Part shown: positions 19,865-30,208 of the stretch, one piece after another
Numbering within the stretch: the first letter of the stretch is position 1
Layout of the letters: each line of letters opens with the position of its first letter
Assembly: GCF_000014265.1 (NCBI RefSeq)
Contig: NC_008312.1
Coordinates: forward strand, 1,500,001-1,532,000
Direction of reading: 5' to 3'
From: Trichodesmium erythraeum IMS101
Lineage (GTDB): Bacteria > Cyanobacteriota > Cyanobacteriia > Cyanobacteriales > Microcoleaceae
Length of the DNA: 32,000 nucleotides
The notes under the pieces: generated by a model
Seen by the model: the letters and a program-made list of their open reading frames with translations, nothing else
What the model was told of the DNA's origin: nothing
Databases searched by the model: none
Made by a program: the position numbers and the translations under genes

Positions 19865-19888
19865 TAATTCCTAATCCCTTTTCTCAAA

Positions 19889-21130
19889 ATGATTAATCAA
19901 ACAAATATAAATCGAACAGTTTTAAATAATGGCATAGTTGTAATTACAGCAGAAAATACAGTTGCTGATATTGTATCAGCCAAAATATTCTTGGGAATAG
20001 GTAGTAGTTATGAAGCTAAAAACCAAGCTGGAATTTCACACTTATTAGCAGCAGTTTTGACAAAAGGAACAAAAAAATTATCGTCTTTAGATATTGCTTT
20101 AAAAATTGAATCAGTAGGAGCAAGATTAGGAAGTGATACAACAGCAGATTATTTTTTGCTGAGTATAAAAACAGTATCAGAAGACTTTAATGATATCTTT
20201 CAATTATCAGGAGAAATAATCAGATGTCCCTCCTTCCCAGAAACAGAAATTGAGTTAGAAAAACGGATTACCATTCAAAGTATTCGTTCCCAACTAGAAC
20301 AACCTTTTACTGTAGCATTCTCTCAACTACGAGAGATGATGTATCAAGATCATCCTTATGCTTTATCAACTTTAGGCACAGAAAATACAGTATCTCAAAT
20401 TACCCGCTACGACATTCAAAAATTTTATGAAACTTACTTCCGTCCAGATAATATAGTAATATCTATAGTAGGTAAAATTAGTAATGCAAAAGCCATTGCT
20501 TTAGTTGAACAAATTTATGGAGATTGGCAACCACCAAGAACACTTCTACCAACTTTAAATTTACCAAGAATAACTCCTCAACCTTTCACAGCAAAAAAAT
20601 ATCAAGAAACTCAACAATCTATTATTATGCTTGGGTATTTGGCAGCAAATGTTAATAGTTCTGACTACGCTCCTCTAAAATTACTTAATACTTATTTGGG
20701 AAATGGCTTATCAAGTCGTTTATTTGTAGAACTAAGAGAAAAAAGAGGTTTAGCTTACGATGTTTCTGCATTTTACCCTACCCGTCTCTATACTTCTAAC
20801 TTTACAGTTTATATAGGTACGGCAGGAGAAAATACAGCGATCGCTAAGGCAGGATTAAAATCAGAAATAGAACGCTTAGTTACTGAATTACTCAGTGAAG
20901 AAGAGTTAGAAATATCCAAAAACAAATTATTAGGTCAGTATGCTTTGGGCAAACAAACAAATTCACAAATAGCTCAAATTTTAGGATGGTATGAAATCTT
21001 AAATTTGGGCATAGATTTTGATGCTAAATTTCAAAAAAATCTGGAAATGGTAACAACCTTAGACACACAAAAAGTTGCTATTAAATACTTTATTGAACCT
21101 TACATTTCAATTGTTGGAAAGGAAAAATAA
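19889..21130 (+). CDS. M16-family (pitrilysin/insulinase-like) peptidase homologue lacking the HxxEH zinc motif; probable non-catalytic subunit
   Basis: Intact 413 aa ORF with M16 fold hallmarks. The position of G.AH.LEH..FKGT reads GISHLLAAVLTKGT. It has one HIP1 site. Confidence 0.85.
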   Translation: MINQTNINRTVLNNGIVVITAENTVADIVSAKIFLGIGSSYEAKNQAGISHLLAAVLTKGTKKLSSLDIALKIESVGARLGSDTTADYFLLSIKTVSEDFNDIFQLSGEIIRCPSFPETEIELEKRITIQSIRSQLEQPFTVAFSQLREMMYQDHPYALSTLGTENTVSQITRYDIQKFYETYFRPDNIVISIVGKISNAKAIALVEQIYGDWQPPRTLLPTLNLPRITPQPFTAKKYQETQQSIIMLGYLAANVNSSDYAPLKLLNTYLGNGLSSRLFVELREKRGLAYDVSAFYPTRLYTSNFTVYIGTAGENTAIAKAGLKSEIERLVTELLSEEELEISKNKLLGQYALGKQTNSQIAQILGWYEILNLGIDFDAKFQKNLEMVTTLDTQKVAIKYFIEPYISIVGKEK

Positions 21131-21277
21131 TGACTAACAGAGGTCATTGTCTAGGAATAGTCTTAATTGATTCTGGCTTAGGTAATAAGAGACTGTTTCT
21201 CAAAAAAAAGCTAAAGGTGGCCATGAATAAATATTGAAGGTAGGAAAATAAAAAAAACAATAATCACTATCAAATAA

Positions 21278-21488
21278 ATGTCGTGAAAATCTTTAGTCAG
21301 GGCTCTAAGCTCTCGCCAGTGGGAACTACTCGAACTTCTACTACAGAAACCTCTCTCAACGAGGGCCAAAACCAAATGCTAATCTCGCAGAAGTAGTAAA
21401 TGGTATATCCTATATCCTTAGGATTTTGCTTAGGGGTGTTTGGGGCAAATTTTGTATAACTTATCAACCATTTTTGTATAAATATTGA
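21278..21488 (+). pseudogene. IS5-family transposase N-terminal (DUF4096-type) fragment with stops and a frameshift
   Basis: LSSRQWELLELLLQKPLSTRAKTKC*S then EVVNGISYILRI..., then ITYQPF. Compare LSD.QWELIEPLLP...GRPR...REVVNGILYILRTGC.WR.LP......TVYQRF. Confidence 0.55.
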
Positions 21489-22289
21489 TTAATTGTTATT
21501 AAATATTCTCGAAGTTCTTTAGAATTATAATAAGTCACTTCATCCCAAAATATTGCTAGTCTTTTTCCTAGTATTTGATGTTTTAAATATTTTGATAAAA
21601 TATATATAATTTTCAGTATTTCTGCTCTTTAATTATTAAACAATAAATTCTTTATTTTTATAGTTTAAGTCTCCATAATAAGTTGATATTTCCAAATCAT
21701 TTTTAATCGGAATTTATATTCTTTTATCTGTTATTCTCCAATAATATCCTAAGAAATAACCTCATAAAATATGAAATTTGTCAATGATAAAAAAATGTCA
21801 GGTTTTCAGCTTCTATTTCTAGTTGCTATTTAGTCAATAATTTATCCCTAACTTTTTTTCTTTCACTAATTTATAATTTTTATCTTGATTTTTTTGTGTT
21901 TTTTATACCTTATTTAGACTTTTGTTGAGGTTTTATAATGACTTATTAATATCTCAAAAACTACACTAAATTATATGTTAAAATATTTTTTTATCTGATA
22001 TTATCTGATAATATTGTGCCTTTAAAAACTAAATAATTTGCTATTTTTCGACTACTTTTAAGTAACCCTTTTTGCATTGATATTAAAGCCTCAAACTCTC
22101 TAAACCATGAAAAATAAATCGCCTATTTTTTCCATTCACTAATAAAACTTTGAGAAACTTTTAATAATTCTTTAACTTCATAGTAAGATTTTCCAGAAAA
22201 AATCATTTTGACATGCCTTTGCTATTTTAATTCCTTTCAGCTATACATATTTGATTAATAAAATTATCTAGTTCATCTGTAATATTCAT
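21489..22289 (-). mobile_element. IS630-family transposase pseudogene, 3'-truncated with many stops
   Basis: The minus-strand fragments resemble the cyanobacterial IS630 type. They read MNITDELDNFINQ..., KIAKACQNDFFWKILL.S.RIIKSFSKF (HTH part), DIFLSLTNFIFYEVIS.DIIGE.QIKEYKFRL, and GKRLAIFWDEVTYYNSKELREYLITINQ (compare WDGASYHRSKEVKEYL..VN). Confidence 0.6.
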
Positions 22290-22299
22290 TTCATTGATA

Positions 22300-22520
22300 T
22301 GTAGGACTCAACCCCAATAGTATTATTGAACAAAATACAAGGAAAACTTTTATTACCAAGAACCAAAACTTATAGCCATACTAATAGAGCTTTATATGGC
22401 AATCTATCATGATATTAGAGAAAGTATCTATCATCTGTAGAATATTAGGTATGCTAAACAATCGTACTTTTTCATGACCCCATTTATCTTTAAAATTATT
22501 TAGAATTAGTATATAAAATA
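22300..22520 (+). pseudogene. Possible C-terminal remnant of the same IS5-family transposase
   Basis: Weak match only: ELY.......IRESIYHL*NIRYAKQSY against ELYK.R..IE.FF..LK..R.IATRYDK. Confidence 0.25.
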
Positions 22521-22641
22521 AATTCCTCAAATTGTAATTATTCTCACAATCAAACTTCATTTACCATAACTAAAGAATCTTACCCAAAAATTGGATCAGA
22601 TACAGAAACCTCTAATATAAATTTGCTAAGTCTCATTCATT

Positions 22642-22767
22642 GGTATTAAAGGTGATGAAGTCAGAGGATTAGGATTACAAGAACTTCTACAAGTAAAAAG
22701 ATTTTGACAGGGAAAAGTTGATGGAGTATTTGGCCTTAAAACTCAAACTCCTGTGAAAGATGCTTAA
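22642..22767 (+). pseudogene. Fragment of a peptidoglycan-binding (PG_binding_1) domain
   Basis: GIKGDEVRGLGLQELLQVKRF*QGKVDGVFGLKTQTPVKDA against G..G..V..LQ..L...G.Y.G..DG.FG..T..AVK.FQ. It is an isolated stub with an internal stop. Confidence 0.45.
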
Positions 22768-22900
22768 AGAAAATATTAACAAGAGCACTCATGGCATTGT
22801 AGATACTTCTGTATAGATGACTTTACTAAGTTAATTCAAAAATTAGTCAAATGTGGTATACTTATATATGTAATTACGTAACTTAAAAAAAAAATTCCGT

Positions 22901-23875
22901 GTGCCTAAATCAGAACGTAAAATTTTACTAGATTTTGAAAAGCCTCTAGCAGAATTAGAAAACCGCATAAATCAGATTCGTGAACTAGCAAAAGATTGCA
23001 GTAGTGTAGACGTTTCTGAGCAAATTTATCAGCTAGAAGCAAAAGCAACTCAACTACGTCAAGAAATCTTTAGTAGTCTTTCCCCTGTACAAAAACTACA
23101 GTTAGCCCGTCATCCCAGACGACCAACTAGTCTGGACTATATCCAAGCTATCAGTGACGAGTGGATAGAGTTACATGGTGACCGTGGTGGTAGCGATGAC
23201 CCAGCAATAGTAGGAGGTTTGGCCAGAGTAAATGGTAGACCTGTAGTAATTATTGGTCATCAAAAAGGGCGAGATACAAAAGATAATGTCGCTCGTAATT
23301 TTGGTATGGCTTCAGCAGGAGGATATCGAAAATCAATTAGATTTATGGAGCATGGCAATCGCTTTGGAATGCCAATTTTGACATTTATAGATACTCCAGG
23401 GGCTTGGCCAGGTATAGAAGCTGAAAGATTAGGACAAGGAGAAGCGATCGCCTATAATCTACGAGAAATGTTTCATCTGGACGTACCAATAATTTGTACA
23501 GTTATTGGAGAAGGTGGTTCAGGAGGAGCTTTAGGTGTAGGAGTAGGTGATCGGTTATTAATGCTAGAACATTCTATATATACAGTTGCTAGCCCTGAAG
23601 CTTGTGCGGCCATTCTCTGGAAAGATGCTAGCAAAGCTTCCCAAGCAGCAGAGGCTTTGAAGATAACTTCCTGGGATTTAAAAAAGATAGGGATTATTGA
23701 TGATGTAGTTCCAGAACCCTCTGGTGGCGCTCATGCTAACCCCTTACAGGCAGCAGAAAACCTGAAAACGGCCATAGTCAAAAGTTTAGATGACTTAAAC
23801 CATTTAAGCAGTCCACAACGCCGAAAAAAGCGCTATCAAAAATTTCGTTCTATGGGAGTGTTTTTGGAAACCTGA
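22901..23875 (+). CDS. accA: Acetyl-CoA carboxylase carboxyltransferase alpha subunit
   Basis: Intact 324 aa ORF with a GTG start. [33 protein letters not shown] and [11 protein letters not shown] are classic AccA motifs. It has one HIP1 site. Confidence 0.95.
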   Translation: MPKSERKILLDFEKPLAELENRINQIRELAKDCSSVDVSEQIYQLEAKATQLRQEIFSSLSPVQKLQLARHPRRPTSLDYIQAISDEWIELHGDRGGSDDPAIVGGLARVNGRPVVIIGHQKGRDTKDNVARNFGMASAGGYRKSIRFMEHGNRFGMPILTFIDTPGAWPGIEAERLGQGEAIAYNLREMFHLDVPIICTVIGEGGSGGALGVGVGDRLLMLEHSIYTVASPEACAAILWKDASKASQAAEALKITSWDLKKIGIIDDVVPEPSGGAHANPLQAAENLKTAIVKSLDDLNHLSSPQRRKKRYQKFRSMGVFLET

Positions 23876-24038
23876 TATGCTCCCAAACTAATGATGATAT
23901 TTAGTATAGGTTTTTTGGTTGCGAGTCCCACCGACTTATGTTTTATATTTCTGTCTGCTTTTAGATCGCTACACATAATAATGCCTAAATTGAAAGAAAT
24001 CAATTTGATATAAATAATTCTTTTAATGAAACAGAACT

Positions 24039-24136
24039 AACTTACGCACTACTACTATAGCTATATATGGTGTATTTTTGCTAATTTATTAGGATATTTA
24101 CACTACGATTAGAATTAGAACCTTTGCGTAAGTCCT
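24039..24136. repeat. MITE-like 98 bp element with terminal inverted repeats AACTTACGCA ... TGCGTAAGTCCT
   Basis: The inverted termini can be read directly. The 17-mer CTTTGCGTAAGTCCTAT recurs at 30063. Confidence 0.5.
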
Positions 24137-25248
24137 ATGAAAGTAATCTCAATATCCAGATTCCATATCAGTTAGGTATATCTGTGACAGGCAATAGTTT
24201 CACTGCATAATATAATAGTTTTATTATTAATGTTTTTACCTCAGACAGCAGATTCAGTGATTAATGTATTCAATGTGGTAATGTGGTCAAATAATTAGTT
24301 TATATTTTCCCCGGCGGTTAGGCATGAGGATTAATTATAAGCTAACGGGGGAGCTTACTTTTCTGGTCTGCATTCACATGAAGCTATCCCCCATCCCCTC
24401 TCCCTTAGGATAATTTAGGGTTCGGTTACCCTTACTTTCGTTTTTCTTTTTTTTTGTATCAGACTACTCCCGCGCGCGACTAGTTTAATCAGTATGATAT
24501 CTAATCACAGATGTCTTAAAAAAAACGGCTAAAAATTTGAATGATAGGCATACTAGGCTTTAAACCCAAGTTCTGTAAAATTTTTTTGCTGGTGCCCTAT
24601 CCTCCAACCTATCTTACCTGCTCCCTCAAAGCATCTATACAGGGTTACTTCATAACTTCCGCAACGGTTGTATGTGCTTAATTTGCTGTAGTTGGATATT
24701 CACGGGATACTTTCTGAAATAATTATATTAGTAGTATTAAGAATTTTGTTAAAGATTAAGTACTTTGATATCTGGGGGCGTTTACAGTATCTAGTAAATT
24801 TTGTTTTGTAGCTCCTGATGAAATAATCACAAAAAAATAAAGAACTACTTAATTAGTCTGACGAGTAATTATTTCTATCCTGTTTTTGTCAATATACCTC
24901 TCTAGGAGTAAGAAACTTATTTGGGATCAGTCTTAACTACTTGACCATGATAAAATATTAAGCACAGTTTATCAGTGAATTTTAAATGCTTTGCTGATAC
25001 CAATTTAGACAGTAGTTATTTACTTATTTTAGATAAATAATGACTTTTGACTTTAAAAAATGGATTCTTGGTCAGTGTAAAACTTACAGGAGAGAAATTG
25101 AAAAACTCTAATGGTTATAGTTCATTGCTTATTAATAACTAAAACTAATTAGTATTAATAAACAAAAAATTATAATCTAAGCTAAAAAATCTAGCATAAG
25201 TTAGGTCAAAATACAATTTGCTTTTTTTAAATTTGATCCCAATCTATT

Positions 25249-25980
25249 ATGACTCAATCTTCTTCCAACCGTTCCAATTCTAAGAACACACTCAACATGA
25301 ATGGAGTTAAAACTTCTGATGCAAATATGACGAGTCAAATTTCCTATAGACCTGAGCGTATCTCCTCATCCAATGGTCAATCAATTAAGCAAAAGCTTTC
25401 TACTGAAGACAGCAATGAGAGAATGAAGGAGGCAGTGCGGACAATCTTACTCTCAGTAGAAGAAAATCCTGAACGAGAAGGATTACTCAATACTCCCAAG
25501 CGGTTTGCAGAAGCAATGCAGTTTCTGACTAGTGGCTACAGTCAATCCCTCGAAGAAATTGTGAATGGTGCGATTTTTGACGAAGGTCATAATGAAATGG
25601 TTCTAGTTAGAGATATCAATTTTTTTAGTCTTTGTGAACATCATATGTTACCCTTCATGGGAAAAGCTCATATCGCTTACATTCCTAATCAAAAAGTAGT
25701 AGGACTCAGTAAGCTAGCTAGAGTTGTCGACATGTACTCTCGTAGATTGCAAGTCCAGGAGCGACTAAATCGTCAAATTGCTGAGGCAATTCAAACAATT
25801 TTGGAACCAAAGGGCGTAGCAGTTGTAATTGAGGCTACTCATATATCTATGGTAATGCGAGGGGTTCAAAAACCTGGTTCTTGGACTGTTACTAGTGCCA
25901 TGGTTGGTCTTTTTAAAGAAGATCAGAAAACAAGAGAAGAATATCTAAACTTAATTCGCCATCAACCTACCTTCTTTTAA
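25249..25980 (+). CDS. folE: GTP cyclohydrolase I with a Ser/Asn-rich N-terminal extension of about 55 aa
   Basis: Intact 243 aa [42 protein letters not shown] and RLQVQERL are FolE signatures. Confidence 0.9.
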   Translation: MTQSSSNRSNSKNTLNMNGVKTSDANMTSQISYRPERISSSNGQSIKQKLSTEDSNERMKEAVRTILLSVEENPEREGLLNTPKRFAEAMQFLTSGYSQSLEEIVNGAIFDEGHNEMVLVRDINFFSLCEHHMLPFMGKAHIAYIPNQKVVGLSKLARVVDMYSRRLQVQERLNRQIAEAIQTILEPKGVAVVIEATHISMVMRGVQKPGSWTVTSAMVGLFKEDQKTREEYLNLIRHQPTFF

Positions 25981-26814
25981 CTGCCCCGAGAAGTCCTGCG
26001 CTCTTTTGAAGGAGAGCGTCGGGATAAAAGTCGGGCGTTATGTGCGTTTTTGATCTTAATTTTTATGATGGCTATTAACGATTATATATGCAGTCATTGT
26101 AATACTATATTGAGAAATAAAGCTCAATAAAAGGGGAAAACATTACCTTGGCTGAATAAACCTGCTTGGTTGCGTAAGCGCAACGTCGGGAGTTATGTAA
26201 ATAGATAGTAAGACCTTTTTACCGAAAATTTGGGTTTAAAGTCTTGCCTTTTTAGGTTGACTTTTTAGTTGATTTTTTTCAATAAATATGTTAATATTTT
26301 ATAAATTTTTCTTTCTCTTGAGAAAAAAATGGATAGGTCAGCAAATATAAGACTACTACCAAAATAGCGATAGACTTTCAAACTTAAACCCGATGAGGAG
26401 CTAGGGCTCAGTTGTTTCTCCGCACCTTTAGGTCGGGGAGAGTATTAACAAATTTATGCACTTACAAGTCAAAAAATAAGATAATTTAGCCTTAAAACTT
26501 ATAATTTGCAAGCTTTTTAGGCGATTATTTAAAATTTCAGCATGATGCAACTATTTATGGTATTATTTTAGCGAATTGGTATAACTTTTCCTATATTCTT
26601 CTTCTTTTATACAACTCTTTATAGGAAACCAGCTTTGAAAAGTTGAGATTTAAGGGGCTTCTGAACTAAGGGAGGAATCTTTACAAAAAAGCTTAATTCC
26701 ATCTTTTACTTCCTATCCTCTAAAACCATAATTTATACTTGGATCTATGCAATGCCAAATTCAAAGTATAACAATTTTCATGTTGGTGAGGCACAAAATT
26801 TGTTTCTGGCGCAA

Positions 26815-26880
26815 GAGTAAGGAGTCAGGAGTAGAAAAGAAGAAAAAGAACGGTACCTCAGTAACTTGAGAAAACCTATA
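26815..26880 (-). repeat. Dispersed roughly 66 bp repeat, copy 2, in inverted orientation relative to 19798-19864; a partial third copy lies near 28531-28575
   Basis: GAGTAAGGAGTCAGGAGTAGAAAAGAAGAAAAAGAACGGTACCTCAGTAACTTGAGAAAACCTATA aligns to the reverse complement of copy 1. Confidence 0.7.
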
Positions 26881-27064
26881 GCAATCAGATTAAACGGTTG
26901 TAACAATTCAAAAACGAAGAAATAAACTCCGAAATTCTTACTTATCGGTGCGATTCATCTAAAGCCTTATCTCAAAAAATTACAAGATTTTGGATAGGGT
27001 AAAAATAAGATTGCTATATAACAGGACTTAGACAAAAAAATATATATATTAAGAGATTTCTGAT

Positions 27065-28504
27065 ATGGCTAAACCAATTAAATTTGGAACAGATGGCTGG
27101 CGCGGTGTCATAGCTGATGATTTTACATTTGAACGAGTTACTCTAGTAGCTCCTATTGCAGCAAAAATTTTAGATAAAAATTATGCTGATTCTACTAATA
27201 ATAGTAAAACAATAATTGTTGGCCATGATCGCAGGTTTATGGCTGAAGAATTTGCTCAAGTAGCTGCAGAAGCTATTCAAAATGCAGGATTTGATGTTTT
27301 GTTAACGGATACTTATGCTCCTACTCCTGCTTTTAGTTTGGCAGCATTTCAAAAAAAAGCTCTTGGGGCTATTGTTATGACTGCTAGTCATAACCCAGGG
27401 AAATATTTAGGGCTAAAAGTAAAGGGTGCTTTTGGTGGGTCGGTACCTCCAGAAATAACTAAACAAATAGAAGATTTATTAACAGTTGAGACTGAAAAAA
27501 ATCTAGTTCAAGAAGGTAAAATAGAAACTTTTAATCCCTGGCAAAATTACTGTGAAACTCTCAAAAAAATGGTAGAGATTCACAGTATTAAGTCGGCGAT
27601 TAATGAAGGAAAATTAAAAGTTTTTGCAGATGTAATGCACGGAGCTGCTGCTGGAGGTTTACAACAAATATTGGGAGTAGAAATTGAAGAGGTTAATGGT
27701 AATAGGGATCCTTTCTTTGATGGTGGAGCACCTGAACCTTTGCCTCGTTATTTAAGTAAACTTTTTAAGAGAATTAAAAGTTATCGAGCAGCAAATGAAG
27801 GAAGTTTAGCAATTGGGTTAGTGTTTGATGGAGATAGCGATCGCATTGCTGCTGTTGATGGTGAGGGTAATTTTCTCAGCTCTCAAATTTTAATTCCCAT
27901 TCTCATTGAACATTTAACAACTACACATGGGTGTAGTGGAGAAGTTGTAAAAACTATTAGTGGTTCTGATTTATTCCCGAAAGTAGCAGAGTTATACAAG
28001 ATGCCAGTGTTTGAAACTCCTATTGGCTATAAATATATTGCTGATAGGATGTTGTCAACTCAGGTGCTTGTGGGTGGTGAAGAGTCTGGGGGTATTGGTT
28101 ATGGTACTCATATTCCAGAAAGGGATGCTTTGTTGTCGGCGCTTTATTTGTTGGAAGCAGTGGTCATGTCTAGTGAAGATTTGACTACTATTTATCGGCA
28201 TTTGCAAGAAAAAACGGGTTTTAGTTCTGTTTATGACCGGATAGATTTGCCTTTGCTTAATATGGGAGTACGATCACGCCTGTTGGAAGAGTTAATAAAT
28301 AATCCTGTGACTGAAGTTGCTGGCCAAAAAGTGCTTGATTGTATAACTATAGATGGGTATAAGTTTCGGTTAGCTGATGGTCGTTGGTTGTTAATTCGGT
28401 TTAGTGGTACTGAACCTGTTTTGCGACTTTATTGTGAAGCTACGGATATGCAGAAGGTTAAACAAACTTTGGAATGGGCAAAAAATTGGGCTAATAGTAT
28501 TTAG
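27065..28504 (+). CDS. Alpha-D-phosphohexomutase family enzyme (phosphoglucomutase/phosphomannomutase type)
   Basis: Intact 479 aa ORF with FGTDGWRG, the active-site TASHNP, metal loop FDGDSDR, GGEESGG and RFSGTEP. It has one HIP1 site. Confidence 0.85.
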   Translation: MAKPIKFGTDGWRGVIADDFTFERVTLVAPIAAKILDKNYADSTNNSKTIIVGHDRRFMAEEFAQVAAEAIQNAGFDVLLTDTYAPTPAFSLAAFQKKALGAIVMTASHNPGKYLGLKVKGAFGGSVPPEITKQIEDLLTVETEKNLVQEGKIETFNPWQNYCETLKKMVEIHSIKSAINEGKLKVFADVMHGAAAGGLQQILGVEIEEVNGNRDPFFDGGAPEPLPRYLSKLFKRIKSYRAANEGSLAIGLVFDGDSDRIAAVDGEGNFLSSQILIPILIEHLTTTHGCSGEVVKTISGSDLFPKVAELYKMPVFETPIGYKYIADRMLSTQVLVGGEESGGIGYGTHIPERDALLSALYLLEAVVMSSEDLTTIYRHLQEKTGFSSVYDRIDLPLLNMGVRSRLLEELINNPVTEVAGQKVLDCITIDGYKFRLADGRWLLIRFSGTEPVLRLYCEATDMQKVKQTLEWAKNWANSI

Positions 28505-29299
28505 GAGTTTGATGAATTATATTATGTCTGGTCTCAAGAATTCAGGAGTCAGAAGTCAGGAGGAGTAAAAATAATTTTTTCATTTTTGTTTATAGCAATC
28601 CTAAATAAGTTGTAAATTTGATAGTAGCGGTGTGTCTCTAAACCCAAGGGAAAAATAGGATTCTGAAGCCACACCCTTACAGTTTTTTTTTAACAAATAA
28701 TTTTATGCTGCTATAGCTAATTAAGCCGACAGGATATTATTTTCAATTGAAATAATAGATATCTCTAAAATAAAAATTAAGCTATAGTTTGAGTTGATTT
28801 TTTTGCAAAAATATAGTTAGTAATAAAAGATTTAAACATATCAATAAGCACAAAAAAACACCAAGATATTTATTTTATTACTGGTAAACAAGAAAAAAAT
28901 CATGGAAAATACTCAAATAAGCTTTTTATAAAGTGATGAATGAAATATCCCCGTAGCTCCTTTGTGGATTTTTGAACTTTGTTAAAAAGGATAAATTACT
29001 TGATGACTAATCTGGAAATTATTTAAAATCAAGTATTATTTAATCTTTCTATATAGGCTGTTAAACCTGTCTCTTTCTGGGCTCTTGAAGTGCCTTGATC
29101 CAAGAAAACAAGAGCGTATATCATACCATAAATCTTGACCCACAAACTGCGTCTATAGATACCTAATATCGCTATTTCACAATCCTATATTCTCCTTTTT
29201 TCTCTTCTTTTTCCTAAGTAAAAACCTACAATTTCTTTAGTGCCTATGTCAATTAGTTAACCCGAGCCATTGTTTATTATTTTTATGCTCTATAAATGA

Positions 29300-29560
29300 A
29301 CATATTTTATCACATTGGATAGTGAATTTACAGTTTTTTTTAGTACATTTAAGAGACTGGGAAACCGGAGGGTACTTATTATTGACATAACTCTGGATCT
29401 TGATGTTGGATCTTTATGTTTGACACACCTATTACAGGAACTATACCAGCTAAACTAATTTTTTCTAGCAGTAATTTATTTTCGGAGTTCTCTGGTTTCA
29501 TTACTAAATATAATTTATTTGACTATTTTGGACAAATTGTCTAGAACAATTTTGACATTG
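29300..29560 (-). pseudogene. Possible IS630/Tc1-mariner-type transposase fragment
   Basis: The minus strand reads YLVMKPENSENKLLLEKISLAGIVPVIGVSNIKIQHQDPE. Compare YLIMDNASFHKS..I.E.IE.AG..L.FLPPYSPDLNPIE. The match is weak and degenerate. Confidence 0.3.
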
Positions 29561-30208
29561 ATATATGCTACAGTAACGCGGGTAAGATGCCTGCAGTACA
29601 TAATTTTTACCATTTATTTTGTACATCATTTGCCCAAAATATGGTATGAGTCAATCATCACTTACAACTTTAGAATTTGAATCTCAAACCAAATGGAAAA
29701 TTGAAGAATTTCACGCCAGAATTAAATAATTAACAGGTTTAGGACGTATGCAGGGTGATGTTTGGGGAGAATAAAAAAAATTTTATGGCTTGTACAATGG
29801 AGCGTAAGTCCTGTTTGAAAAAAATTTGCACATAAATTTCGACAAGAGTATTTATCAAGAGTTGCTACTAATTATTATCAAAATATCTGGCCTCCGAATT
29901 GAAATATTCTTTAATTAAAATGAAGCAAATTTTTACTGGAATAACTAAAGTTTTTTTTTGAATAAAAATAGTTAAGCATTCGCTCCAGGTTGGGGCTTGC
30001 GTTATCCCATAAAGTGGAGCATGAAGATCGCGCCTTTTTTTGTCATGCACTATATATAGTGTCTTTGCGTAAGTCCTATATTTATCATATTTTGTTTCAT
30101 CTCAATTTCTCAAAAGTCTCTTCCAAAAGCTTTCCCATACTTAGTCTGAGCAGGAGAATATATTTATCCAGTTTTTACTGGTCATCAGCAGCTTCTCTTA
30201 TTCTCTAA

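Noticed and set aside
21440-21490. Extension of the IS630 pseudogene C-terminus on the minus strand (VIQNLPQTPLSKILRI...)
   Set aside because: The same nucleotides read on the plus strand give a much stronger IS5/DUF4096 match (EVVNGISYILR, ITYQPF). I therefore assigned the segment to the IS5 fragment.
24810-24850. Hammerhead ribozyme core (CTGATGA at 24818)
   Set aside because: There is no stem II hairpin, no GAAA box and no flanking helices.
24301-24900. RNase P RNA, tmRNA or a group II intron on the minus strand. Short stretches such as GGCACCAGC and CCTGTATAGATGCTTTGAG vaguely recalled these RNAs.
   Set aside because: Diagnostic elements are absent. There is no GAGGAAAGTCCGGGC or ACAGAAACATACCGCC (RNase P). 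There is no GGGG...TTCGA...CCACCA acceptor/T-arm or tag ORF (tmRNA). There is no GTGCG 5' end or domain V consensus (group II). The resemblances rest on my memory of sequences and are not reliable.
25981-26460. GC-richer hairpins after folE as a distinct ncRNA. These are GCGCTCT-TTTGAAGG-AGAGCG, TTGCG-TAAG-CGCAA and CTCCGCACCT-TT-AGGTCGGGGAG, plus the repeated GTCGGG.GTTATGT at 26029 and 26184.
   Set aside because: The first hairpin may simply be the folE terminator region, although it lacks a clean T-run. The others are short. Without comparative or expression data I cannot distinguish them from eroded repeat debris.
28733-28763. Imperfect AT-rich palindrome GATATTATTTTCAATTGAAATAATAGATATC as an operator or terminator
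   Set aside because: Pairing needs two indels. It is entirely A/T-rich, so such palindromes are expected by chance here. There is no adjacent gene start or T-run.
29868-30208. Two overlapping 60 and 72 aa ORFs on opposite strands
   Set aside because: There is no recognisable family. They overlap each other and a repeat-bounded segment (GCGTAAGTCCT motifs at 29802 and 30066), and their composition is typical of noncoding AT-rich DNA.
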